Of a stretch of DNA of 64,000 nucleotides, positions 1-9,318 are shown piece by piece. Each line of letters opens with the position of its first letter. Positions within the stretch are counted from its first letter, which is position 1. The DNA is taken from positions 20,022 through 84,021 of the forward strand of contig JAGBCX010000074.1 of NCBI GenBank assembly GCA_017937805.1, given 5' to 3'. Below the pieces are notes generated by a model that was not told where the DNA came from, did not search any database, and worked only from the letters and a program-made list of their open reading frames with translations. Source of the stretch: Alistipes sp. GTDB taxonomy: Bacteria > Bacteroidota > Bacteroidia > Bacteroidales > Rikenellaceae. A program made the translations under genes and the position numbers.

Positions 1-1497
1 CGGACTCTCCATGATAAAGTTGTGGGCATTAGCAACCTTGCACGCCTCAACAATCTCTTCATCGGTTGCCTCGCGATTACCAAGAGCAATATTATTCTTG
101 ATACTATCATTGAACAGTACAGTATCCTGCGACACAAGGCTCATGGCACTACGCAACGAATCTTGTTTATAGTCACGAATAGATACACCATCAAAGAGGA
201 TATCGCCACTATCAACATCGTAGAAACGTTCGAGCAATTCGCTCAGGGTAGATTTACCTCCTCCCGATGGGCCTACCAACGCTATGGTTTCACCCTTACG
301 CACCGAGAACGACACTCCGTGAATAATCTCACGCGACTCATCGTACGAGAAGTGAACATTGCGGAACTCAATTTTATCGTTGAAGCCCTCGAAATCCTTT
401 GCGTCAGGAGCATCTGTCACCTCGTTCTCTGCATCGAGCACCTCAAACAGACGCTCACCTGCCGCTACGCCCTGATTGATGCTTGAGAATTGGTCGATAA
501 GTGCACGAACAGGTCGAGTAATCTGCGAGAAGGCTGCAATAAAGGCGATAAAGCCTGCACCACTCAGCTCATTACTCTCGACAAGCGAACCTCCGAAAAT
601 CAAGATAACTGCTACCGCTGTAATACCGAGGAACTCACTCATTGGTGATGCCAGGAGCTGGCGGCGAGCCATCCAATACAAGATATTGGAGATGGTCTGA
701 TTCAAGTCGTGGAACTTCTCCTTGATATATTCGGTTGCGGTGTAAGTTTTAACAATTTTTATACCTCCGAGCGACTCGTCAAGCACACTAATCATCTCGC
801 CCGTGCGCTGCATACTCTGACTTGCAGGGTAGCGCAATTTCTTAACGATACGACCAATTATCAAGCCGACCATTGGCAAGAACAGCACCGAGAAGACAGA
901 TAACTGCCACGAGATGCTAACCATCAGCACAAGGTATCCTACAATAAGCAACGGCTCGCGGAATACCACCTGCAAGGTGTTGGTAATACAGTACTGTACA
1001 GCTCCGACATCAGAGGTGATACGCGACATAACATCGCCCTTACGCTGAGTGCTAAAATAACCTACGTCCTTACCTATAACGCTGTCAAACATGGCGTTAC
1101 GCATACGCTGAATGGTCTCGATACGCATCTTCTCGACTGTATATCCGCCAAGAAAGCGGAACAGATTCGAGCAGAAGTTCATTGCAACCAATATTATCGC
1201 CAACATCATCAGCACGTTGCCAATATTCCAATCCTCCGGCCCGTTCGCATTGAAGATATATGTATAGGCATAATTTACCCACAGTTGCAACTTCTCGCCG
1301 GAGAACGAAAATTCCGGCATATCGTAGACAGGCTTAAACTGAAATCCCTTGTCGAACATTGAGTTCAAGATTGGGATAATCATTGCATAGTTAAACGTAT
1401 TGAACAGGGCATGCAGAGCTGAAAAGATAAAATATGGCACTGCATACATCTTTATCGAGCTTGCGAAGCCAAGCAAACGCATGTAAATTTTAAACAT
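1..1497 (-). CDS. ABC exporter, fused permease/ATPase (MsbA-like); 3' end runs off the window
   Basis: Manual translation from ATG at 1497 (MFKIYMRLLGFASSIKMYAVPYFIF...). Hydrophobic N-terminal half, Walker A VGPSGGGKST near 249-278, ending ...ANAHNFIMESP at the window edge. Absent from the ORF track because there is no stop in the window. Confidence 0.9.
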   Translation of the reverse strand, partial: MFKIYMRLLGFASSIKMYAVPYFIFSALHALFNTFNYAMIIPILNSMFDKGFQFKPVYDMPEFSFSGEKLQLWVNYAYTYIFNANGPEDWNIGNVLMMLAIILVAMNFCSNLFRFLGGYTVEKMRIETIQRMRNAMFDSVIGKDVGYFSTQRKGDVMSRITSDVGAVQYCITNTLQVVFREPLLIVGYLVLMVSISWQLSVFSVLFLPMVGLIIGRIVKKLRYPASQSMQRTGEMISVLDESLGGIKIVKTYTATEYIKEKFHDLNQTISNILYWMARRQLLASPMSEFLGITAVAVILIFGGSLVESNELSGAGFIAFIAAFSQITRPVRALIDQFSSINQGVAAGERLFEVLDAENEVTDAPDAKDFEGFNDKIEFRNVHFSYDESREIIHGVSFSVRKGETIALVGPSGGGKSTLSELLERFYDVDSGDILFDGVSIRDYKQDSLRSAMSLVSQDTVLFNDSIKNNIALGNREATDEEIVEACKVANAHNFIMESP

Positions 1498-1513
1498 AGT
1501 GTATTGTCTGTTT

Positions 1514-2539
1514 TTATACTAATCCCTCTTCATGGTACTCATGTACCGAATTTATATAGTGTTCGATGGTCTCCTCCATCGACACAAACGACTTTCCGCC
1601 GGCAGCGTTTTTATGACCTCCGCCATTGAAGTATCGGCGGGCAAAGGTATCGACATCAACATCGCCTCGTGAGCGCAACGACACACGAATAAAGCCTGTC
1701 TGCGCTGTAAACATCGCCGACATCTTCATCTTCTTAATCGTAAGCGGATAGTTCACAAAGCCCTCGTTATCGCCCTGCTGGAACCAGAAACGGCGCATCT
1801 CCTCCTCCGTGAGCGACATATAAGCGACACGACCACCAAGCAGAGTCTTCATCTTGCGATTGACGGTGTAGCCAAACAGTTTTGCACGACCTTCGGTGAA
1901 GGAGTTATAGACATTATTGTAAATCTGCGGAATATTGATACCCGTAGCTGACAACACTGCCACAGCCTCAAATAATTCGGGTGTCAGGTTTGAAAAGGCA
2001 AAGTTTCCCGTGTCGGTCATAATACCGACATAGAGTTGTGTTGCCACCTTTTCGGTTATAGCCTCCTTGCCATAGAGTGCCACAATTACCGAGTACATCA
2101 AAAACGCCGTACTTGAAGATTCGGGGTACGAGAACATAATATCAAACCCCTTGGCCGGAAAGAGGTGGTGGTCGATAAGAACTCTTTTTGCGGTAGTATT
2201 CTTTGCAACCGCCTCACCTAATGCATCAGCGCGAGTGAGCGAATTCATATCGGCACAAACGATTATATCTGCCTCATCGAGAGCCTTCTCGGTAAGATGC
2301 TCTTCGTCATTACGGTAAATTATGATATTTTCAGAATCTGGTATCCAACGCAGATAATACGGATAGTTATTTGGTAGTGTGCAAGTCACCTTGTGACCTC
2401 TCACAGTCAACACTTCCGCCAAAGCCAAAGACGAACCAATCGCGTCGCCATCGGGGTTTGTATGGCCCACAACAACAATCTTGCGAGGTTCTTCAAGGAG
2501 ATTTCGGAGCTCCTCAACTCTCTCTTTATCGATATTCAT
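1514..2539 (-). CDS. nrnA: DHH/DHHA1 phosphoesterase (bifunctional oligoribonuclease/PAP phosphatase)
   Basis: Motifs HTNPDGDAIGS, IDHH, GIMTDTGNF and GGGHKNAAG. Confidence 0.9.
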   Translation of the reverse strand: MNIDKERVEELRNLLEEPRKIVVVGHTNPDGDAIGSSLALAEVLTVRGHKVTCTLPNNYPYYLRWIPDSENIIIYRNDEEHLTEKALDEADIIVCADMNSLTRADALGEAVAKNTTAKRVLIDHHLFPAKGFDIMFSYPESSSTAFLMYSVIVALYGKEAITEKVATQLYVGIMTDTGNFAFSNLTPELFEAVAVLSATGINIPQIYNNVYNSFTEGRAKLFGYTVNRKMKTLLGGRVAYMSLTEEEMRRFWFQQGDNEGFVNYPLTIKKMKMSAMFTAQTGFIRVSLRSRGDVDVDTFARRYFNGGGHKNAAGGKSFVSMEETIEHYINSVHEYHEEGLV

Positions 2540-2648
2540 CGGGGCAAAGATACAAAAAGTCTGTGACTTTTAATTAAAAATTAAAGATTAAGCGTTAATT
2601 TTTGATTTTTTCACTCTTTTCCGACACTTAATAACCAATTCCGAAGAG

Positions 2649-3287
2649 TTATTTATGGTAATATTTACACCACTGCGATATTCCGCAACTCTCGCACTTC
2701 GGCTTGCGGGCAAGACAAGTGTAGCGACCATGCAGAATAAGCCAATGGTGCGCTATCGGAAGAAGATGCGATGGTATATATTTTTCGAGTTGCAGTTCGG
2801 TTGCACGAGGGGTTTTCGCTCCGACCGACAGACCAATACGAGCCGAAACACGGAAAACATGGGTATCTACGGGCATAACCTCCTTATTCCAAATCACCGC
2901 ACCCACAACATTTGCCGTCTTGCGACCAACACCGGGCAGGCGCATCATCTCCTCGATATCGCTCGGCACCTCACCACCAAACTCCGTCACCAACATACGC
3001 GCCATGGCCGCCAAATTCTTCGCCTTATTGTTTGGATAAGAGATACTGCGGATATACTCATAAATCTCCTCAGCAGTCGCCTTTGCCATATCGAATGGCG
3101 TAGGGTACGCCTCGAAGAGTGCAGGCGTGGTCAAGTTCACACGCTTGTCGGTACACTGTGCCGAAAGAATTACCGCCACCAATAGTTGATACGGATTTTC
3201 GTAGTTGAGTTCGCTCTCTGCCACAGGCATCGCCTTCTCGAAGTACTCTATTACCGCCTTATATCGCTCCTCTCTTCTCATACTCAT
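2649..3287 (-). CDS. nth: Endonuclease III
   Basis: LLVAVILSAQCTD, HhH LPGVGRKTANVV, VDTHV and a C-terminal 4Fe-4S Cys cluster. Start placed at the ATGA overlap with the upstream GT2 stop. Confidence 0.95.
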   Translation of the reverse strand: MSMRREERYKAVIEYFEKAMPVAESELNYENPYQLLVAVILSAQCTDKRVNLTTPALFEAYPTPFDMAKATAEEIYEYIRSISYPNNKAKNLAAMARMLVTEFGGEVPSDIEEMMRLPGVGRKTANVVGAVIWNKEVMPVDTHVFRVSARIGLSVGAKTPRATELQLEKYIPSHLLPIAHHWLILHGRYTCLARKPKCESCGISQWCKYYHK

Positions 3288-4210
3288 TTGTTTTTCGCCA
3301 AACGAAACAATTTCTTCACAAACAGACCGTATGCAATAATGTTGCATACCCCCATTTTATCCTCTTTAACCTCTTGCCAGCAACGCTTCACGAAATCGCC
3401 CACCGAGCCGATATGCGAATATACCCACAATGCCGTATTCATTCTCTCGCGCAGGAGATGGCGGCGTTGTTTCGAGTTATTGTATCGCTCGTCAAACCAC
3501 AACTTTATATTCGATGACGAATCGCAAAAGGCGAGGCGTTTTGCAAGGCTTGTACTGTGGCTCACGCTATCGGGAAAAACGCGATGCACCGCTGTTGCTT
3601 TGTCTATATATGCCACCTCGGAGTGTGCTGCCACATAGAGCCACATCGGCAAATCCTCGGTAAGCCATTCGGGGTAATTTTCGGGCTTTTCGGTAGCGTA
3701 ATAGTCCAGCACCAGCTCTCGGCTCGCCAGCGTTGTACAGTTCTCCACGCACCAATCGTGCAACATAGCATCGAGCGTGGTATGCCCCTCCCCTATCGGA
3801 AAGCGACCGACCAATCGGCCCTCTCCATCTCGGCGCTCGGCAAGAGTATAGCACAATCCGATACTGCGATTTTGCTCCATCAATGCCACTTGCTCTGCCA
3901 AACGGCTATTATCGCACCAATAGTCATCGCCATCGCAGAAGGCAATAAGTTCACCCCTTGCAGCCTCCACGCAACGGCGATAATTCGCTCTCCAACCGAC
4001 ATTTTCGGTAGATGTTATCAAGGAGATTTTATCGGGATAGTGGTCTGCAAAAGTTTTGCACACCCCCAAAGTATTGTCGCTGCTGCAATCCTCTCCCAAA
4101 ATTATCTCTACGCCAAAGTCGCACTCCTGCGAAAGTATCGCATTGAGCGCCTCTGCCAAGTATGGCTCGTGGTTATATGTGGTAACGATGACTGACACAA
4201 GAGGTTTCAT
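3284..4210 (-). CDS. Glycosyltransferase family 2
   Basis: VSVIVTTYNHE, GEDCSSD and FCDGDDYW (DxD) motifs. Confidence 0.9.
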   Translation of the reverse strand: MKPLVSVIVTTYNHEPYLAEALNAILSQECDFGVEIILGEDCSSDNTLGVCKTFADHYPDKISLITSTENVGWRANYRRCVEAARGELIAFCDGDDYWCDNSRLAEQVALMEQNRSIGLCYTLAERRDGEGRLVGRFPIGEGHTTLDAMLHDWCVENCTTLASRELVLDYYATEKPENYPEWLTEDLPMWLYVAAHSEVAYIDKATAVHRVFPDSVSHSTSLAKRLAFCDSSSNIKLWFDERYNNSKQRRHLLRERMNTALWVYSHIGSVGDFVKRCWQEVKEDKMGVCNIIAYGLFVKKLFRLAKNK

Positions 4211-4215
4211 GGCGA

Positions 4216-6630
4216 CTATAATTTTGTCAATTTTGCCAACTTTGAGAGCAGAGTTTTCTCCTCTCCCGAAACGAAGCGAACTACGAGTTTATGGTCGGTA
4301 GCGAGTGGTACAACCTCAACAATCTCGCCCCTGCCGAATTTAGGGTGTTCGACACGCTCTCCCACCGCGTAAGCACACGGCTCCGAGGTAACCTGCCCCA
4401 CGGTCGAGGTCGCCATACGGCGCATTCCCGACACATCGCGCTGCGGAGTCGGCTGAGGTCGAGAAACAGGCTCTCTGTTAAAAAAGTTTTCCGTTCTCCG
4501 TTTTCCGTTTTCCGTTTTTTGCTGGTATCGAACATCGAAGCGGCGGCGCAGAGCATCAATTGCCGACTCATCTTTCGAGCCACCTGCAACCTTCACTCCA
4601 CCCTGCTCACCACGAGGCTTTGCGTGAAGATTAAAGTCGCACTCAACATACTGTTCGTCAATCTCCGAGAGGAAACGGCTCGGCTTCGAGAACTCCATAT
4701 TACCCCATTTAAATCGCATGTCGACACACGAGAGCGTAGCCAACGACTTTGCTCGCGTCAAAGCGACATAGAACAATCTTCGCTCCTCCTCGATGCCATC
4801 GACCGTTTCGAGCGCGCGCTGTGAAGGAAAGAGATTCTCCTCGCAACCCACGACATAGACATACTCGTACTCCAAACCCTTGGCAGAGTGTACCGTCATC
4901 AGCGTTACTCGCTCTTTATCCTCCTCGCCCTCCTTGTTGTCCATATCGGTAAGGAGCATCAGCGACTGCAACCACTCATCTATTGTTGCGCGGTCAAAAT
5001 CTTCTCGCTCACCGTTGCGAATCTCAGCATCAACCTGTTCTTGGAACATCTGCATCGAATTGACAACCTCTTCCAGATTGTCAACTGCCGACTGCGCCTC
5101 AGGCGTATTCTGCAAGCGGTAGAATGGCAACAATCCGCTTCGTACTGCCACCTCCATACCGAAGTCGTACAACCCCTTATGCTCGCGCTCCAATGACAAC
5201 GAACGAATCAACTGCACAAACTCGGTAACCTTCTTCACAATTGCTTTCTCGACCGAGTCGGCAGGTGTGCGCTCAACCATCGTATCTACCGCCTCCCACA
5301 TCGAAACCTGCCTCTCCTGCGCTATCGTTGCGATACGCTCAACCGTTGTATCGCCGATACCTCGTGCCGGAGTGTTGATAATACGCTTGAAAGCCTCGTC
5401 ATCGCGAGGATTTATGATAAGGCGGATATACGAAAGCATATCCTTGACCTCCTTGTGGTCGTAGAAGGAACTACCCTTGTATATTCTGTATGGAATACCT
5501 CGCTGACGCAACGAGTTTTCCAACGTTTGCGATTGGTTATTCGTGCGATAGAGAATTGCCACATCGCTCCACTCTTTGCCACTCTCACGCACTCTGTCGC
5601 GCAAATCGCACACCACCAAATCTGCCTCCTCACGGTCGGTATATGCCTTGAAGATGCGAATTTTCTCGCCCGTAGCACCCTCCGAGAAGCAACGCTTCTT
5701 CAATCTTCGGGAGTTGTGGTCTATAACCGAGTTTGCAGCATCGACAATCGTCTGTGTCGAGCGATAGTTCTGCTCCAACTTAAAGACCTTCGCCTGCGAA
5801 TAGTCGCGCTGGAAGGAGAGGATATTCTCGATTTTAGCCCCTCGGAACGAGTAGATACTCTGCGCATCATCGCCCACTACGCAGATACGAGAGTGGTGCT
5901 GCGCCAAACGGCGAATAATAATATCTTGCGCTCGGTTAGTATCCTGATACTCATCGACCAAGACATATTGGAAACGCTCCTGATAGCGTGCCAACACCTC
6001 GGGGTGGTCGCGGAAGAGGATATTTGTCTGCAACAACAAATCGTCAAAGTCCATCGCACCGTTTGCCTTGCAACGCTTGCAGTATTCGAAGTATAGGTCG
6101 CCAAAATCGGGAATTTGCAACTTTCTATCCTCCGCAGCCAACGATGTATTGGCTATATACGCACCCGGAGTCATAAGGTTATTCTTCGCCATCGAAATTC
6201 GCGAAGCAACAAGCCCCGGTTTATACTTATCATCGCTCAATCCACGCTCCTTAATGATGGTTTTGAGGAGATTTTTCGTGTCGTTCGACTCATAGATGGT
6301 GTACTCCTTCGGGTAGCCAAGCACCTCGGCATTCTCACGCAAAATTCGAGAGAAGACCGAGTGAAAAGTACCCATAGTGATATAGCGACTCTTCGCTCCG
6401 ACCATCAACTCGATACGCTCACGCATCTCGTTGGCAGCCTTATTGGTAAATGTAAGGGCTAAAATCGAGTGGGGTGGCACTCCCTGCGCCAACATATAGG
6501 CAATGCGGGTGGTCAGCACACGCGTCTTTCCCGAACCTGCACCGGCAATAATCAGCGAAGGCTCGTTATACGCCTCAACAGCAGCGCGTTGTGCAGGATT
6601 CAAACCCTTTAAGATATCTTCGTTAGTCAT
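4216..6630 (-). CDS. uvrD: ATP-dependent DNA helicase UvrD/PcrA
   Basis: AGAGSGKT, VDEYQD, QNYRS, TVHSAKGLE, EERRLFYVALTRA and a C-terminal Tudor-like HPKFGRG. Confidence 0.95.
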   Translation of the reverse strand: MTNEDILKGLNPAQRAAVEAYNEPSLIIAGAGSGKTRVLTTRIAYMLAQGVPPHSILALTFTNKAANEMRERIELMVGAKSRYITMGTFHSVFSRILRENAEVLGYPKEYTIYESNDTKNLLKTIIKERGLSDDKYKPGLVASRISMAKNNLMTPGAYIANTSLAAEDRKLQIPDFGDLYFEYCKRCKANGAMDFDDLLLQTNILFRDHPEVLARYQERFQYVLVDEYQDTNRAQDIIIRRLAQHHSRICVVGDDAQSIYSFRGAKIENILSFQRDYSQAKVFKLEQNYRSTQTIVDAANSVIDHNSRRLKKRCFSEGATGEKIRIFKAYTDREEADLVVCDLRDRVRESGKEWSDVAILYRTNNQSQTLENSLRQRGIPYRIYKGSSFYDHKEVKDMLSYIRLIINPRDDEAFKRIINTPARGIGDTTVERIATIAQERQVSMWEAVDTMVERTPADSVEKAIVKKVTEFVQLIRSLSLEREHKGLYDFGMEVAVRSGLLPFYRLQNTPEAQSAVDNLEEVVNSMQMFQEQVDAEIRNGEREDFDRATIDEWLQSLMLLTDMDNKEGEEDKERVTLMTVHSAKGLEYEYVYVVGCEENLFPSQRALETVDGIEEERRLFYVALTRAKSLATLSCVDMRFKWGNMEFSKPSRFLSEIDEQYVECDFNLHAKPRGEQGGVKVAGGSKDESAIDALRRRFDVRYQQKTENGKRRTENFFNREPVSRPQPTPQRDVSGMRRMATSTVGQVTSEPCAYAVGERVEHPKFGRGEIVEVVPLATDHKLVVRFVSGEEKTLLSKLAKLTKL

Positions 6631-6802
6631 AGTGGCTACAAAGATAATAAAAAAGACGAAAGACGAAAGACGAAAGACGAGAGTTTTTTATTACCTTTGC
6701 AAAAAGATTTGTTACCACCGAAAAGAGGAGTTAAAGAAAATTCCTCCCAGAGGGGTAAAATCGGAACGATTTAGGTTACAACAAGCAACTTCCCAATGGG
6801 TG

Positions 6803-6924
6803 AAATCGGAGGCGATTAGACTATTTTTGTGCTAAACGAGGGAACGAAAGCGCAGCATACTTTGGCGTATGTGAGCATTTCGTTATCCGAAGTGCAGTGC
6901 AAAAAGAGTCAATCGGAACGATTT
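6803..6924 (+). repeat. Palindromic REP/RPE-like element, copy 1
   Basis: Ends AAATCG...CGATTT with central GCAGCATAC-TTTGGC-GTATGTGAG, shared with other copies in the window. Confidence 0.75.
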
Positions 6925-6965
6925 ACAGTACAACAAGCAAAGAGATAACAAACATAAAAAAGGGT

Positions 6966-7520
6966 ATGGATATAGCACAGCAAAAACGTAAGGAGAATAT
7001 CGCCGAGTACATCTTGTATCTGTGGCAGTTGGAAGACCTATTACGAGCGTTACAGTTCTCGCCGGAGGCGATATATTCGACACTTGTAAAGCCTCGCAAA
7101 CTCGATACACAGCACGAGCAGATATTATTGGCGTGGTATATGGATATTGCAAATCTCCTTGCGCAGGAGAAGAAGGAGCAGTCGGGACACCTCGACCACA
7201 CGTTGCATCTTATTCACGACCTGCACGATCTGCACTTGCGATTGATGCAGCAACAGGAGTTGGGCGAAGATTATCGCAGTAGATATGCACTCTTGGCGCA
7301 ACATCTGCCGGCATTGCGTTCACGCCTTGGCAAAGAGAGCGATATGAGCGATACAGAGTTGTGTTTCCGTGCGCTCTACGCCGCTATGCTCTACCGCATC
7401 AAGGGTGATGGCGAGAAGGCGGTTGCCGATACAATCGAGGTTGTTTCGCCCGTTATCGCCACACTCACCGACTATTTCCACAAAGTGGAAAAAGGAGAAA
7501 TCGACTTGTTCAAAGAATAG
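6966..7520 (+). CDS. DUF4924 family protein
   Basis: Starts MDIAQQKRKENIAEYILYLWQLEDLLRA, typical of this Bacteroidota family. Confidence 0.8.
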   Translation: MDIAQQKRKENIAEYILYLWQLEDLLRALQFSPEAIYSTLVKPRKLDTQHEQILLAWYMDIANLLAQEKKEQSGHLDHTLHLIHDLHDLHLRLMQQQELGEDYRSRYALLAQHLPALRSRLGKESDMSDTELCFRALYAAMLYRIKGDGEKAVADTIEVVSPVIATLTDYFHKVEKGEIDLFKE

Positions 7521-7668
7521 GTTGATTCGTGCAAAATTTATCGATAAGAGTGATTTTTAACAAAAAAGTTTTGTAAAAAAGAAAAAAGGTTATACCTTTG
7601 CACCTCGCATAGGGAGATTATGCGCTTAAATTCGAGAGTAAAACAATAAAAAAGATAGAATTATGGCA

Positions 7669-7830
7669 ATGAAGAGAACTTACCAGCCATCGCGCCGCAA
7701 GCGCATCAACAAGCACGGTTTCCGCGCTCGTATGGCTACTGCGAATGGCCGCAAGGTGTTGGCTGCTCGCCGCGCAAAGGGTCGCAAGAAGTTGACTGTT
7801 TCTGACGAGGCAACTTTCAAGTACAACTAA
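7669..7830 (+). CDS. rpmH: 50S ribosomal protein L34
   Basis: Manual translation [53 protein letters not shown]. Below the ORF-track length cutoff. An alternative ATG lies at 7663. Confidence 0.97.
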   Translation: MKRTYQPSRRKRINKHGFRARMATANGRKVLAARRAKGRKKLTVSDEATFKYN

Positions 7831-7850
7831 TCAGAATTAAATTTGTGATT

Positions 7851-7888
7851 AAATATAAAGGACTGCTTGTGCAGTCCTTTATATTTTT
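7851..7888 (+). terminator. Rho-independent terminator after rpmH
   Basis: Perfect hairpin AAATATAAAGGACTGC-TTGT-GCAGTCCTTTATATTT. Confidence 0.85.
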
Positions 7889-7972
7889 ATATATGTATAT
7901 GTACGCTTTTTGGATAGCATTACACCATTTGAGGGGTACTCGCTGAATAAATATTTCAAAACTCACTGCTTC

Positions 7973-7987
7973 TGGCATATTTTTGGC
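7973..7987 (+). promoter_or_regulatory. Putative sigma-54 (-24/-12) promoter
   Basis: TGGCATATTTTTGGC has GG-N10-GC spacing and lies 30 nt upstream of the receiver-domain ATG. Confidence 0.5.
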
Positions 7988-8017
7988 TCTCTGAGGGAGT
8001 GGTTTATTTTATTCACG

Positions 8018-8383
8018 ATGAGAACTATTGTTATCCACTCCACATCTCCCGAGCTGAGGGCGTTAATCCGAGGACTGCTTTCCGATATAGAGGCCCTGTT
8101 TATACCATCAACCTCGCGCGAAGAGTTGTTTCGTATATGCCAGACAACCAAATGCGATTTGATACTCACCGATGACATTCGATTGTTCATGAACGGAGAT
8201 AATGCTGTGAGAAGACTCCGAGATGGTGGCCTTCAACCTCAAATATTCATACTCTCGCACGACCTCTCCGAGGAGACTGTTACGGCTCTTTTGGAGGAGG
8301 GGATAAATCAATTTATAAGTCTGCCTGTGGCTCCGGAGCGACTTTGCAACAAGATTATAAAACAGTACAGAGATTTGGTATGA
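8018..8383 (+). CDS. Single-domain response-regulator receiver, atypical
   Basis: CheY-like pattern (DLILTD, IFILS, GINQFISLP). Lacks the N-terminal acidic pair and the conserved Lys. Confidence 0.7.
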   Translation: MRTIVIHSTSPELRALIRGLLSDIEALFIPSTSREELFRICQTTKCDLILTDDIRLFMNGDNAVRRLRDGGLQPQIFILSHDLSEETVTALLEEGINQFISLPVAPERLCNKIIKQYRDLV

Positions 8384-9318
8384 TTGAAGCTGAATGGACC
8401 GAAGAGATAGTTGTTGCACTCGCCTCACCGCTGCTGATGGTGGTGGCACAACTTACACACTCTACATATAAAAAGTTATACTCCTACGCAACGACACAGT
8501 GTATCGTACAGATATCCAATATAATTATGGCAAAGGTCGAGCCTGACGATGAAGAGTTACACTCGATACGTCGCCGATTTACAAAAAAAGTTCTACTTGA
8601 TGCCGTACTATTTATATCGGAGCATATATACGGAGTGGCAACCAACCGCATAGCACTTATTGTCGAAGTATGTGGATTGGATTATTATATACTAAACCAA
8701 ATAGAGGGCAAACGCGATACTGAGCGAGCCAATCTTCTCGCCAAATTATCTCGGCTGGCACCTTTGACTGTAACGGTCAAATATGCCGAGATATATATCG
8801 AAGACGGGAACAGAGATAGTCGTTTTTACTCTATGGTGGCGCTTGTTGCTACCCGTCCCGAGAGGGCTGTTCAATATATCACGAGGTTTAACTCTCCCCT
8901 TACGTTGCACGAAACGGCCATTCTTGCGAATTTAATACATCGCATAGGTGCTCCGATAGCCTACACCCCTCTGCTCACATCGCAGAATAGGAATTTGCAA
9001 CTTTTGGGAATCTACATCAGCAACCTCTTTGCGATTGCCGATGCAGAGCCACATCTGCAACAGCTCATCGAGTCAGACGAGCGAGAGATTGCCTATATCG
9101 CACTACTTACACTATGCTCTGTGCGAGGAGATATCTCTTCTCAAAATACGGGTTATGCATTGAGGCGACTTTTGCAATTTCAACGCACAACATTTATTCG
9201 GCATGCCGTCTTGGAGTGTTACTCGCTCCACTCATGCGCACAACTCCTCTCCACCGAAGAACAAACACTCTTTTCACAACGCCTATCCTCCTACAAATGT
9301 CGAATTTTATGCAACTAA
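8380..9318 (+). CDS. Helical HEAT-repeat-like hypothetical protein
   Basis: Intact ORF coupled by an ATGA overlap. N-terminal hydrophobic segment and amphipathic helical repeats. Position between a receiver and a GT2 matches a known Bacteroidota gene order. Confidence 0.55.
   Translation: MIEAEWTEEIVVALASPLLMVVAQLTHSTYKKLYSYATTQCIVQISNIIMAKVEPDDEELHSIRRRFTKKVLLDAVLFISEHIYGVATNRIALIVEVCGLDYYILNQIEGKRDTERANLLAKLSRLAPLTVTVKYAEIYIEDGNRDSRFYSMVALVATRPERAVQYITRFNSPLTLHETAILANLIHRIGAPIAYTPLLTSQNRNLQLLGIYISNLFAIADAEPHLQQLIESDEREIAYIALLTLCSVRGDISSQNTGYALRRLLQFQRTTFIRHAVLECYSLHSCAQLLSTEEQTLFSQRLSSYKCRILCN

Noticed and set aside
22-1282. Plus-strand ORFs 22-486, 476-700 and 709-903, and minus-strand ORF 1097-1282
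   Set aside because: These are shadows of the minus-strand ABC exporter (1-1497), which has clear motifs.
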